A stretch of 64,000 bases of DNA from Octopus vulgaris (GCA_951406725.2 OX597825.1:61876001-61940000), one strand, 5' to 3'. Positions 51,361-63,907 are shown, counted from the stretch's first letter. The notes: generated from the sequence alone by a model not told the origin. Numbers and translations are program-made.

Positions 51361-51591
51361 ATTTCGTTTGCAAGATTCTTTCTATGAGTTCGTGTGTTGA
51401 AGCATATTCTGTTGTGTCTGGAGAGAGTAATTTTCTCTTTGTGCCTTATAATGTAACACACTCACCGGTAAAATTTCCATTTATTTCTTTTTTTATTTTC
51501 ATTTTATAAAATAAGAAATAAGTGGAAATTTTACTGGTGAGTGTGTTACATAATAAGGCACAAAGAGAAAATTACTCTCCCCAGACACAAC
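51361..51591. mobile_element. Foldback element in (TA)n: ~79-bp arms (51411-51489 / 51513-51591) plus ~50-bp tail on the left
   Basis: GTTGTGTCTGGAGAGAGTAATTTTCTCTTTGTGCCTTAT vs ATAAGGCACAAAGAGAAAATTACTCTCCCCAGACACAAC; only a few mismatches. Confidence 0.85.
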
Positions 51592-53607
51592 ACTATATAT
51601 ATATATACATACATACATACATACATACATACTTATACACACACACACACACACACACTCGCTCACACATGCATATTAATCCCTGAAAGGACTCAGGTTT
51701 GGAATTCTTATTGTCCTCTTTTTCTCATTTGATTTGTTGTTCACTTTCATTCTAGCCAATGGGAAGATGTTTTTACTTTTGCACCTTCAATGTAAAAGAG
51801 CCCCAGCTATAAATTTCTGACAGCTCTTGTTTGATGATTATATCAAATAGATTACTAGATGAAAAGGAACCACAAGCTACCAATAATGCGACTAATAGCA
51901 GAGGATGTATGAGGGAGAGACTAATGCTTACAGTAAGACTAGGGGTTCCGATGCTTGTATCATTTATGAAATGATGAAAGGTTAAGACAGAGGGTGACAC
52001 ACTCGGTAGCAGACTTGTTCAACCCATAGTTGGAGAGGACTGTGCCACAATTTTGTAAAATACATAATAAAATATAATTAATATAATTATAAAATATGAT
52101 TAATTACTTTGTTGATAAATATGATTAATCACTTTATTGAAGCTGAAACTGAATTTCTCTCAGTAAAGCTAGAATTTATCAATTCATAATGTATTTCTCT
52201 ATAATATATTAAGAACTGAGTTATATTATTGGAATTCTAAAACTTAAGGTTATCAGTCTTCATTTAGAAGATTCCTGTCTCCCAGATGGAGAATAGTGTT
52301 AGCAGAATGTGAATAGAGGAGGGTGATATGTATTTAATTAAAAGTCTGTCATACCTACAGTTCTTTAGTAATCAATCTATATGAAAGGCTATGAATTAAA
52401 TTTTGAAATTCAGAATACTCTTTCAAATTCTGTATCCAATTTGCTAATGTTAGAATCCTAACCAAAATTGTTCCAGCAGCTTATTGGTGTATGAGATTAT
52501 CTTTTTGAAATAGCATACCAAATTTATTCTATACAAAAATATATTTATATAGAATATAATTTTAGCTTAGCTTCGTACTGTTTCTAGGCTCAGAAATCCA
52601 CAGAGAGAACATAGAAATTCTAAGATTATTTTTGAATATATTTCATTAGAGAGAGCTAATTAATTAACAAGCTTTAGTAGCCAACAAATCTTAAAATCCA
52701 CAATATTTATAATCATTTAATTTATTGGCTCAATATCACAAATTTTCTGGTGGAGTGGTTCAATTATATTTAATTTTATTTACTGCTTCTTATTTTATTG
52801 TTCCTAGAATGCTGAAAGACAATGTCTGTTCCTGGAATTATTTGCACTTGGGATGTGAAGGATTGTAAGGGAATACAGTGAAGCATGCTTTATTTAGTAA
52901 TTTACTGGTTCCATAAGTCCATTGCACTCTAAAATTCCTGAAATACTTGGCTTACTTCAATAGTTGAATAATTCTATTGTATAAATTATTAGTTTATAAT
53001 GTTCACTTGTTCATAAAATGTACCACTAATTCTAAGCTAAGAAATTCCTGAGACAATCTGCTCTGTATTATACAGTGTTTTTCTTTAGTTTTACGATGTA
53101 TAGAAAAGGAAGTGTTCAGTCATATATATTATAATTGCTATAAAATGTTCTCATATACTCTATACAATATGCAAATTCTAAATTGGCATTTCAATTTTAC
53201 TTTTATTGACTTTAAAGGTGGGTCTGTTGTGCAGTCAACCAGAATAGAAACTTATGACAGGCAAAAGGTAAAATGTGAATATTCCCATAATATTCCATTT
53301 AAATGCTTTCATTACCAAATAATTTATTCTTTCAGTTGAAACATATGTCGAGTAACTTAGTCAAGTAACTTAGCAGCTCATCAAAAGATATTGATATAAT
53401 TAGTGCTAGATTTAAAAAATGTAAATACTGGGGTAGATTTCTTTAACCAAACCCTTCAAGATGGTGTTCCAGCATGGCCACAGTTTAATGAGGGAAAAAA
53501 ACTAAAAGAAAAGTAGAATAAGCAAGAACATGTTGTATAGTACGTTGTAGCAATGAAACAAAAACAATATTAACAAACCTGTAATTATTATTTAAATGTG
53601 TAATATA

Positions 53608-53838
53608 CAGGGTTGGCCAAAAGTCACCCCCACAATAAATCAAAAGTACCATAAATACTAAATATTCAGTTTTATTTTTTCATTTCAATTATGTTTACAT
53701 GAAGGACTACAGATTGAATAATTTTCATGAAGTTTCATATTTAGATGCTTTTATTAAATTCATTCTGTTGCTAAATATAAATAAATCTTGGAATGAAATG
53801 GTTTTGATTTACTCTCAGCTGACTTTTGGCCATCACTG
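53608..53838 (+). mobile_element. Tc1-like MITE, copy 1
   Basis: TA-CAGGGTTGGCCAAAAGTCAC ... CTGACTTTTGGCCATCACTG. Confidence 0.85.
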
Positions 53839-53859
53839 TGTATATATGTGTGTGTGTGT

Positions 53860-53907
<48 letters not shown>

Positions 53908-53930
53908 ATGTATATATATATATATGTGTG

Positions 53931-54297
<367 letters not shown>

Positions 54298-54531
54298 GGA
54301 AGATATCTTATGGTAGTAGAATAGTATCTAACTGCTATTTCTAAATTTTGGTATGTGGTGAAGCAGTTTTTGCTAAGCCCTAATTATAATTACGTTTTTA
54401 AATATAATAATTTTTGTATAAGTTTACTGACAAAGGTTCTTTTAATATACTGAACTACTTGGTAAGATTATTAATTATAAATTGATTAATTAATTTACAC
54501 TTTATTATTATTGACTATATATATATATATA

Positions 54532-54760
54532 CAGGGTTGGCCAAAAGTAACCTGAGAGTAAATCAAAATTCCATAAATACTAAGTATTCAGTTTTATTTA
54601 TTCAATCCAATTATAAATGTTTTCAAGGACTTCAGATTGAACAATTTTCATGAAGTTCCATATTTAGATGCTTTTATGAAATTCATTCAGTCGTGAAACA
54701 TAAATAAATCTTGGAATTAAATGGTTTTGATTTACTGTCAGGTGACTTTGGCCAACGCCA
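54532..54760 (+). mobile_element. Tc1-like MITE, copy 2
   Basis: Same TIRs and body as 53608-53838; TA flanks. Confidence 0.85.
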
Positions 54761-54793
54761 TATATACATGTATATATATATATATATATATAT

Positions 54794-55040
54794 CCATGGG
54801 TATAAGTAAGTATTTCACTTATTTCTTTGCCGCATTTATCACTAATGAAGGGAAGGTTCTTATGAACTAACTCTGAAATCAGGTCCGATATGGTAATAAC
54901 GGGATTTTTTAGAAATTTCTGTCGGCTTTCTTCGAGACACGTGCTTGTAGTGATAAATTACATGGTTATTGACGCTGTGTCTATTTTCGGCATATTTTGG
55001 CATTAGAAATTTTTTCTTTTGCCCTTACTTATAAATTATA
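54794..55040 (+). mobile_element. (TA)n-embedded insert with a decayed type I hammerhead-like fold
   Basis: ATTTATCA-CTAATGA-AGGGAAG...CTTTCTTC-GAGAC...GTA-GTGATAAAT (54834-54958). Confidence 0.45.
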
Positions 55041-55051
55041 TATATATACAT

Positions 55052-55493
55052 ATAATATTAAAATTGAATAGTAAGGGTAGAAATTGATATTAATCAATTA
55101 AAAACCAGTGGCTTAGCATATTTTTAAAAAAAGCCGAAGATTAAAAATTGTGTTACATACAAAATTAATAGGAATGACCACTAAAATGGACACCTAATAT
55201 GCTAAACATAGACGTCAAATCATCATTTCCACGAAGAATGTGTTCTCCAGAAAAGATCTCAGCAAAATGCCAAGATGTAAAAATGAGCAAGACAAATGAA
55301 AATATACGAAATAAAAAATCGTTACCTACATTTTTATTTCATATATTTTCATTTGTCTTGCTCGTTTTTACATTTAGGCATTTTGCTGAGATTTTTCTAG
55401 AGAACACATTGTTTGTGGAAATGGCGATTTGACATATATGTTTAGCATATTAGATATCCACTTTAGTGGTCATTCCTCTTAATTTTGTGTGTA
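55052..55493. mobile_element. Foldback element in (TA)n: ~165-bp arms (55154-55319 / 55330-55493), 10-nt spacer, ~100-bp tail on the left
   Basis: GGAATGACCACTAAAATGGA vs TCCACTTTAGTGGTCATTCC; GAGCAAGACAAATGAAAATATA vs TATATTTTCATTTGTCTTGCTC. Confidence 0.85.
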
Positions 55494-55507
55494 TATATAT
55501 ATATATA

Positions 55508-55931
55508 TCATCATCATCATCATCATTTAGCGTCCGCTTTCCATGCTAGCATGGGTTGGACGGTTCAACTGGGGTCTGTGAAGCCAGAAGGCTGCATCAG
55601 GCCCAGTCTGATCTGGCAATGTTTCTATGGCTGGATGCCCTTCCTAACGCCAACCACTCCGTGAGTGTAGTGGGTGCTTTTTACATGCCACCCGCACAGG
55701 TGCCAGATGGAGCTGGCAAACGGCCACAGACGGATGGTGCTTTTTACGTGCCACTGGCACGGGGGCCAGGCAAGGCTGGCAACGGCCACGAACGGATGGT
55801 GCTTTTATGTGCCACCAGCACGGGGGCTATGTGAGGCTGGCAACGACCACGAACGGATGGTGCTACGTGCCACCGGCACAGGGGCCATGCGAGGCTGGCA
55901 ATGGCCACGAACGGATGGTGCTTTCTACGTG
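55508..55931 (-). mobile_element. Family E with about four internal ~57-60-bp units
   Basis: GCTGGCAACGGCCACGAACGGATGGTGCT repeated. Confidence 0.88.
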
Positions 55932-56183
55932 TATATATATATATATATACACACACACACAAAGTCTGGGGGTTTAGTTCACAGGTGATCTAAATGATTA
56001 GGTATGCTAAGTAAGTGCTGTAATAGATTACTAGGGCTCCAAGGTTGCAGCCGAGATGGTAGTTATGGAGCCATTGCAGATTTCAGATGCACAAGATATA
56101 TAATTGTTAAAGAGGACAACAAACATTAAGGCAAGGCAAATATCACAAATCATATACAATATTATTATTGGAAAAAATTCAAA

Positions 56184-56239
56184 GTCTTCCAGCTGTTTCT
56201 GGGATATCACTGAGTATGGGATATTCTATAATCAGAGAC
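56184..56239 (-). ncRNA. Degenerate minimal type I hammerhead ribozyme motif (Penelope-like pLTR type), probably inactive
   Basis: GTCT-CTGATTA-TAGAATATC...GATATCCCA-GAAAC-AGCT-GGA-AGAC: stem I GTCT/AGAC, stem II 7 of 9 pairs, palindromic AGCT loop III, two core substitutions. Confidence 0.55.
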
Positions 56240-56317
56240 AAATAAGGAAAATGAGAATGGTATATAGTAAGGAGAGGATGACATAGAGGAAGGGTGTAAA
56301 AGAATAAGAATATATGT

Positions 56318-56730
56318 AGGAGTGGCTGTGTGGTAAGTAGCTTGTTTACCAACCACATGGTTCCGGGTTCAGTCCCACTGCGTGGCACCTTGGGCAAGTA
56401 TCTTCTACAATAGCCTTGGGTCAACCAAAGCCTTGTGAGTGGATTTGGTTGACAGAAACTGAAAGAATCCAGTCGTATATGTGTATATATATATATATGT
56501 GTGTGTGTGTTTGTATATGTTTGTATGTCTGTGATTGTCTCTCCAGCATCGCTTGACAACCGATGCTGGTGTGTTTATGTCATCATAACTTAGCGGTTCG
56601 GCAAAAGAGACCAATAGAATAAGTACTAGGCTTATAAAGAATAAGTCCTGGGATTGATTTGCTCGACTAAAGGCGGTGCTCCAGCATGGCCGCAGTCAGA
56701 TGACTGAAACAAGTAAAAGAGTGAAAAGAG
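56318..56730 (+). mobile_element. SINE family A, full length (reference copy)
   Basis: A-box, B-box, CORE-like CCTTGGGCAAG, internal TA/TG tract, (AAGAGT) tail. Confidence 0.92.
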
Positions 56731-56745
56731 AGTAAAGAGTATATA

Positions 56746-56950
56746 CAGGGTTGGCCAAAAGTCACCCGACAGTTAATCAAAATTCCATAAATACTTCGCT
56801 TTTGCTATTATAAATGTTTTCAAGGACTTCAGATTGAACAATTTTCATGAAGTTTCATATTTAGATGCTTTTATTAAATTCATTCAGTTGTTAACGAAAT
56901 AAATCTTGGAATGAAATGGCTTTGATTTACTCTCAGCTGACTTTTGACCA

Positions 56951-56956
<6 letters not shown>
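56746..56956 (+). mobile_element. Tc1-like MITE, copy 3
   Basis: TA-CAGGGTTGGCCAAAAGTCACC ... CTGACTTTTGACCAACCCT. Confidence 0.85.
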
Positions 56957-57011
<55 letters not shown>

Positions 57012-57032
57012 GTCTGTGTATGTATGTATATT

Positions 57033-57063
<31 letters not shown>

Positions 57064-57086
57064 GTCTGTGTATATATGTATATTTA

Positions 57087-57119
<33 letters not shown>

Positions 57120-57140
57120 GTATGTGTATATATGTATATT

Positions 57141-57177
<37 letters not shown>

Positions 57178-57249
57178 GTATGTGTATATATGTATATTTA
57201 TATATATATATATATATATGCATATATATGTGTGTGTGTATATATATAT
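56957..57249. repeat. (TA)n-derived minisatellite, about four units of ~55 bp
   Basis: ATATATGTATGTGT(C/A)TGTGTAT.TATGTATATTTATATA repeated. Confidence 0.9.
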
Positions 57250-57462
57250 TACCCGACAGTAAATCAAAAGTTCCATAAATACTCAATATTCAATTTTATT
57301 TATTCCTTCCAATGATGTTTACAAGAAGGATTTCAGTTTGAACAATTTTCATGATATTTCATATTTAGGTGCCTTTATTAAATTATTTCTGTTGCTGTAC
57401 ATAAATAAATCTTGGAATTAAATGGTTTTGATTTATTGTCAGGTGACTTTTGGCCAAATCTG
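57250..57462 (+). mobile_element. Tc1-like MITE, copy 4 (left TIR truncated)
   Basis: ACCCGACAGTAAATCAAAA ... GGTGACTTTTGGCCAAATCTG-TA. Confidence 0.8.
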
Positions 57463-58036
57463 TATTATTAATATCATAGAAAAAGGCAACATTATGATAC
57501 TGCACTTAACTCTTTGTTATATTTCAACTACTTTTTATCTTTTATTTTTTGTGCTAGCTTACTACACTATCTGATAATCAAAAGACTCTGCTTTGTTTTA
57601 ATTTTGTTGTATACCCGAAAGGCTTTTGTCCATTGTATATGTATAATTTTATTTCTTATGTTCATCTGATAGTCAAAAGACCTTTTCTGTTTGTTATTTC
57701 CTTGTGTTTGTATATGTACGTTCATTTGCCTTGCTCAAGGGCTTAATGCCTTCAGCTTAAGCCCTTGGGCCAACTGGTTTCAAGTAGTATCAGTGAAGAT
57801 TAGGTGAAACTATGTAGACATTCCAGACCACAACTGAAGAAGAAATTGTCTGCAAATGATTCGTGTATCTTGTATGTTGATGTTGTGCTATCATCAGGCC
57901 CAGTCTGATCAGGCAATGTTTCTACGGCTGGATGCCTAATAGTGGTTTTATCTCTAATTTAATTTATATTTATACTGTAAAATTTGATTTAATCCTAAAT
58001 CTAATTTTTTCCTGTAAGTTTGGATATACTCCCTAA

Positions 58037-58078
<42 letters not shown>

Positions 58079-58366
58079 TATACATATAAAAAATGTGTGT
58101 GTGTATCTATATGTTTGTGTCTTTTTCCTTGTAACTAAGCAGTTTGGCAAAAAGAAGCTGAAAGACAAAGTATTGGGTCCAGTTTACTTGACTGGACCAT
58201 TCAAGGTGGTTTCCACACCATGGATGCAGTCTAAGGATGGAGAAAGGTAAAAGATAAAAGATATAGTATCCCAAATCGTTGATATTTATAGAGAAAAAAT
58301 ATGCAAGACTGAAATGAATTAAGATAAATTTCTGTTTAGAAAGTGAAACAAATAATACAACAGCGA

Positions 58367-58400
<34 letters not shown>

Positions 58401-59505
58401 GGTGGTGATAATGATGATGATGAGTTCTAGCTTTGGCACATTGTCGGTAATTATGCAGGGTGGAGGCTAGTCATAGATACCATTGATTCAGTACTTGATT
58501 GGTACTTCTTTTTTATTGACTGTGGAGGGGAAGAGAAACAAATTAATTTCAGTGATATTTGAACCCAAAACATAAAGAACTAGAAGAAATACTCCGAGGC
58601 GTTTTTTCCTGCTGTTCTAATGACTCTGCTAGCTAATAACAGTAACATCAATGATAATAATAATAATTATATGATGAATATTAATTTAACACTATCACTT
58701 GCATATTGAGTGTATTTTATAAATATCTCATTAGTATCCTAGTTTTATGGTTGTATCTGTATTTAGTATGTTGCCTTAAGGTACTCTGACATATGATTTC
58801 AGAATTAATGCAGTGGAAATGTGTTGATTGACTAGCTTAAGAGCTCCCTCATTGGATTGTACGTTTGGTAGATTAAAGGTTCTTAGCAAAGTTAATTAAA
58901 ATTTGTAGCAGTGAGATTAATTACATTTAGTTGGTGTAATTGTAATTTTTCAAAGGTCAGATCTCTTTATCCTCCATAATTTCATGTTATTTAAAAATAA
59001 AAATAAATAAAAGGTTTTCAAAACATACATGTCACTAAAGATCTTAGCAAAAGCATGAAGGATATTATTTCTTTCTTTTTAAAAATCTAATTACTGCAAA
59101 AATACCAAAAAGTCAAAACTATAATTCAAATAGAAAGAAATGCTGCAAGAATTTATTCTCTTATCAGTAGAGTTAATCTTTGGTGCATTTTCAGAGAGAA
59201 AATTCAGCTGTAAAATGTGACAGATTGATGCAGTGGAAGTATGCAGTGCTCCTAATATGGAGTATTATAGATCAAATCTATGTTCTGTTTGTAGTTGCAA
59301 ACAACTTGCACATGCAAGTGTTACCTGTCAAAATCTCTGCATACCAGAAGTTAGCAAGTGTATGGGGTCATCAGGAGAGAATGTGCACTGTTTCGGGGCC
59401 TATCTCTTGACGGCATCATTGTGCACTAGCCCCACTCACTGACATGAGGCCCCACTTGCTAGGTCAACTGGTTATCAAATATAGCTCAATATTAACCCTT
59501 TGAAT

Positions 59506-59866
59506 AGGTGGCAAGCTGGCAGAAATGTTAGCACACCTGGCGAAATGCTTAGCAGAATTTCGTCTGTCTTTATGTTTTGAGTTCAAATTCTGCCATGGTC
59601 AACTTTGCCCTTCATCCTTTCAAGGTCGATAAATTAAGTACCAGTTGCTTACTGGGGTCGATCTAATTGACTGGCCCACTTGCCAAAAATCTTGGGCCTT
59701 ATACCTAGAGTAGGAAAGAATAATGTTTAAGGTGGTGAGCTGGCAGAAACGTTAGCCCACTGGGCGAAATGCTTAGTGGTATTTCGTCTGTCTCCATGTT
59801 CTGAGTTCAAATTCCACTGAGGTCAACTTTGCTTTCGTCCTTTCGGGGTCAATAAATTAAGTACAA
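59506..59866 (+). mobile_element. Two tandem SINE D copies
   Basis: GGTGG(C/T).AGCTGGCAGAAA heads at ~59507 and ~59731; Meta-like domain in both. Confidence 0.85.
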
Positions 59867-60099
59867 ATTGCATGCAGTGTAGTATTTCATTGTATTCACA
59901 AACTGTTGCTGTAGATATTTAACCCAAGGCCAACTCTACACACTGATACATTATGATCAAAGTATTCCTGCCATGACCATCATGCATGAATTTAGATTTG
60001 TATAACTACTTTACCTCACATATCCTTTCTTTATTCAACCCTGAAGTTGTGAAATTGAATTTCATTGTTATTCCAGTAATAATACTACATATACTCCAT

Positions 60100-60297
60100 G
60101 CTGGTAGCAAGTAAAATGTACCCATTACACTCTTGGGGTGGTTGGTGTTAAGAAGATCATCCAGCTGTAGAAACCATGCTACAATGGACTGGAACCCAGT
60201 GCAGCCCTCCAGCTTACCAGTTTTAGTCAAACTGTCCAACCCATACCAGCATGGAAAATGAATGCTAAATAATGATGATGATGATGAGGATGATGAT
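60100..60297 (+). mobile_element. Family E, diverged
   Basis: CATCCAGCTGTAGAAAC...AGCATGGAAAA plus (GAT)n. Confidence 0.7.
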
Positions 60298-61192
60298 CTT
60301 ATGAAAAATAGAACTGGCGTTTTCTGCGAGTTCCATTGCCTTAATAAACTTGACATATCTCAGCAGAAAACATGATACTGATATATAAAACTGCTTTCTG
60401 CAGTTAGGGTTACGAAATTTTGAGTGAATACATCTGCTTTCTGTAGTAAAAGGGTTAATTTTGAGATAGTAAAGACTGATTTGAGAAAGATTTTGGTTGC
60501 TACCTTTCGTAGATCAAAAGACCATGTAGAGGCACTCTCTCTCTCTCACTTGTTAGCTTGTGTAATGATAGTTAAAATGGTTAAGCTATATTAGATAGGC
60601 AGGAGGGGAAGTTATAAATCAGAGAAGGTTAGGTGGAGGAGAAAATTGCTGTATGATGGCTCACTGATTAGAATAGAATTCATAAAGGACAGTTTAACTT
60701 AATATGCCAGTGCAATAATAAAAGAAATTATGAAACATTTAACTTTAGTTCTAATTTGTTTGCTATTCTATCTTTTTAACAGAGCAATAAAACATCAATA
60801 TAATATTGGATATTGATTTATGATCTTCAAAACAAGTTAGAGGCTAAAATGTTCCAATAAACAAGTTTATTTCTCATTACTGGTTTGAAAAAGTTCATTA
60901 TCTCCTTCTTTGTATCTGTAAACTGTTGCCAAATATTTATGTCACACCTAAGCCAATTAGGAGAGCAAATATTGAAATATTGGTGATTGTCAAGACTATA
61001 GCACTAAGTGGATTCAAATCTCTAAATTGAAATGGTTCCTCATATAAATGGTACATTATAAAGAAACCATGAGAAAGAAAGAAACACGGAAATGCAACTA
61101 TAGAAAACTAAAATTTGTTGTTCATTTGATTCATCATTCATTTTTAGTTCTCACGTCTGTTTTTCCATCCTAGCATGAGTTCGATAAATATA

Positions 61193-61727
61193 TTGGGTTG
61201 TCTGGAAAGTTTGTGCCGATTTATAGTAGCCTACATTTCAACTTATTTTAGAACATGGTTGAGTCCATAAAATAGGATTTGACTACACCTCCATTTAGAG
61301 CACAGTTTAAACTATCTTTTCATGGAAGAAGGTTTATGTTCCTACAACCTGTGTTAATTCTGTAACCCTTTAAAATGGAAGATAATAAAGTTCATTTTCG
61401 GCTCTCGATGCTTTGGGAACCAGACAAAATTGCTGCAGCTCAGCTGGGATGTGTTACCTCACCCTCCATATTCACCAGATATTGCTCCTTCGGATTTCCA
61501 CTTATTCAGGTAAAAATTTCAATTCTTTGGATGACATAAAAAGATACCTTGATGAATTTTTTGCCATGAAACCACCTCAATTCTGGAAAGAGGGTATTTT
61601 CAAGTTAAAGGAAAGATGGAGACGCAGCAAAGTGGTTTGTATTTGGTTGATTAAAAATGTAATGGCAAGTATTTATTGACCTTTTTCTTTTCTTTAAAAA
61701 TCGGCACAAACTTTCCAGACAACCCAA
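61193..61727 (+). mobile_element. Internally deleted mariner element with perfect 30-bp TIRs
   Basis: TTGGGTTGTCTGGAAAGTTTGTGCCGATTT / AAATCGGCACAAACTTTCCAGACAACCCAA with TA TSD; MEDNKVHFR fused to WDVLPHPPYSPDIAPSDFHLFR and FWKEGIFKLKERW. Confidence 0.93.
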
Positions 61728-62034
61728 TACAATAGAGGTTTACCTGTTGCTTAGATTTTCAAATCTTTGGTCAGCATGGAACTATAGTTGAAGACACTGA
61801 AGTGTAGCATTCCTGTAAATTTTACCATAATGTGGACATCCTAAAATGAATCTTGTTTTCTCTTTCTCTTCCACGTCATTGTTTGATGGAAGTCAAAGGG
61901 AAAATAGATTTTACATCAAGAAACTTGACATATTTTGGTTAATGATTCTGTAATGAGGAAGATAAGTGTATCTTGGTCACCCATGCATTAAAAAAGTATA
62001 AGAACAAGTCTGAATTTAAAATGGAAATTCATTA

Positions 62035-62360
62035 CCTAGCTCCCGTGCTAGTGACACGTAAAAAGCACAATTCGAGCGTGGACATTGCCAGTGCTGCCTG
62101 AATGGTTCTCATGCCAGTGACACTTAAAAGGCACTATTTAAGCATATTCAGTGCCAGTGCCACTTGACTATCTCCTGTGCCGGAGGTACATCGAAAGTAT
62201 CCATTACAATGTTGTTAGGAAGGGCATCCTACTGAAGAAACCTTGCCAGATCAGATTGCACCCTAGTGCAGCCTTCTGGCTTGCCAGGCCTCAGTCAAAC
62301 AATCCAACCCATGCCAGCTTGGAAAGCAGACGTTAAACAATGATGATGACGACGATGATG
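62035..62360 (+). mobile_element. Family E, diverged, tail-to-tail with a - strand copy from ~62432
   Basis: CACGTAAAAAGCAC, TTAGGAAGGGCATCC, GGAAAGCAGACGTTAAAC plus (GAT)n. Confidence 0.75.
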
Positions 62361-62790
62361 TAGAATAAGAAAAATTTTACGGTATTTATGGGCTTGTAAA
62401 TATATCTCTTAGCACGGACAATGTATTCACCACCATCATCATCATAATTGTTTAACATCTGCCTTCCATGCTGGCATTGGTTGGACAGTTTAAAAGGAGC
62501 TGGCCAGGCAGAAGATGGCACCAGGCTTCTGTGTCTGTTTTGGCATAGTTTTTTTAGGTTGGATACCCTTCTTAACACCAATCATCCTGTAGAGCGGACC
62601 AGGTGCTTTTTATGTGGTACTAGCATTGGCAGGGTCATCGAGTAACTTGCAAAGCAAAGAATCTTTGAGAGGGATGGGGACATTAGAGGAGGTGATCTTG
62701 TGTTAGATGATGAAAGGTTGGAGTGTGACAGAGAGACAGAAAAAGGTGTCTTGCTGTAGAGGAGGTACATGATATTTTGGTGAGAGAGAG

Positions 62791-62989
62791 GTTGTTTGTT
62801 TGTTCGTTCTCGAGCCATGCCTGGCTCATAAGGGCCAGTTTCACAGAAGTTTGCCATTACCTTCTGCTGGAGCCGCATGGAGCTTAGGTGTTTCACTCAA
62901 AAACATATACCACACCCGGTCTGAGATTCGAACCTGCGATCCCTTGACCGTGAGTCCGCTGCTCTAACCACTAGGCCATATGCCTCCAT
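62791..62989 (-). mobile_element. Short SINE family C variant with (AAAC)n tail
   Basis: Head TGGCCTAGTGGTTAGAGCAGCGGACTC...GGTTCGAATC on - strand. Confidence 0.8.
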
Positions 62990-63559
62990 AGCGAGAGAGA
63001 GAGAGGGGGAAGAGTTAACAAAAAAGAGGACAGAAACAGGTGTACTGTTGTAAAGGAGATACGTGATTACCAAGCCAGAGGGAAGAGCAAAAGAAGGAGA
63101 GAGAGTGAGAAACAGCAAGAGTGCAAGGGAGAGCAGGAGAGAGATGGTGGTGATGCCAGGGTATGTTCACATGTGAAACACTGATTCATATTCTAGTAGT
63201 GGTAGTAGTTGCAGACAATTATTATGAAGATGCTGTTAGTTATAGATGGCTGATGGTGTGGAATCTGTTTGTACCCTATATATTTTGGGTTTGGTTTGGT
63301 TTGGTTTGGACCTCTATCGTAATAATTCAAAATTTTGAATTATTTCCTAATCTAATTTTGAATTATTTCCTAGTGGACCAAACGGACAAGACACGTTTAT
63401 TTCATTAATTTGGAATCAATCTTTGGTAAAGCATGGTTGTGTCCTTCACTGCTTCACTCACATTTTTGTAATAATGTTGTAATAACGTATTCAAATAAAG
63501 ATGTTCTTTCTCTGTCTTACATACCAACTAGAACAGATAAATAATCATGAAATTGCATG

Positions 63560-63825
63560 AAATCATTTCACTGCATCTGCAATGTCAAGCACATTTAGAT
63601 TTCATAGATCGGTCTCTTCCATCTTCAAACCTGTCCTTCCTCATCTCTGTTAAACAGATTTTTTTTCAAGGTTTGTCTTCTAATAGCTGTTGCATATATG
63701 TTACACAAGGTCAGCTTCTTCTTTTATGATGCAATGGTTTCCATAGCAATAGATGACGTACAAATTTGTCTTTTCTTTGCTAACAATGTCCCTCAAACTT
63801 AAGTCTGTGTTGTTTGATGGCTCCT
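63560..63825 (-). mobile_element. Decayed RTE/RTEX-like LINE C-terminal fragment
   Basis: - strand AIKQHRLKFEGHC*QRKDKFVRHLLLWKPLH...PCVTYMQQLLED matches I..RRL.FAGHC.R....L.LW.P.H...RP..TY...L..D. Confidence 0.7.
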
Positions 63826-63907
63826 GTTAATAAAGATATATATATATATATCCTTATAATACATTGTTTGATAAATGTTGTTCCAACATTTTACTTTCCT
63901 TAAAATC

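Noticed and set aside
59180-59442. Cys-rich short ORFs
   Set aside because: No recognisable domain spacing and no convincing splice pair; consistent with chance
60404-60412. TTAGGGTTA telomere-like word
   Set aside because: A single unit is expected by chance
63703-63824. Apparent - strand terminal exon after TTAACAG (EPSNNTDLSL...)
   Set aside because: Another frame matches an RTE-type C-terminus, so it is a LINE remnant
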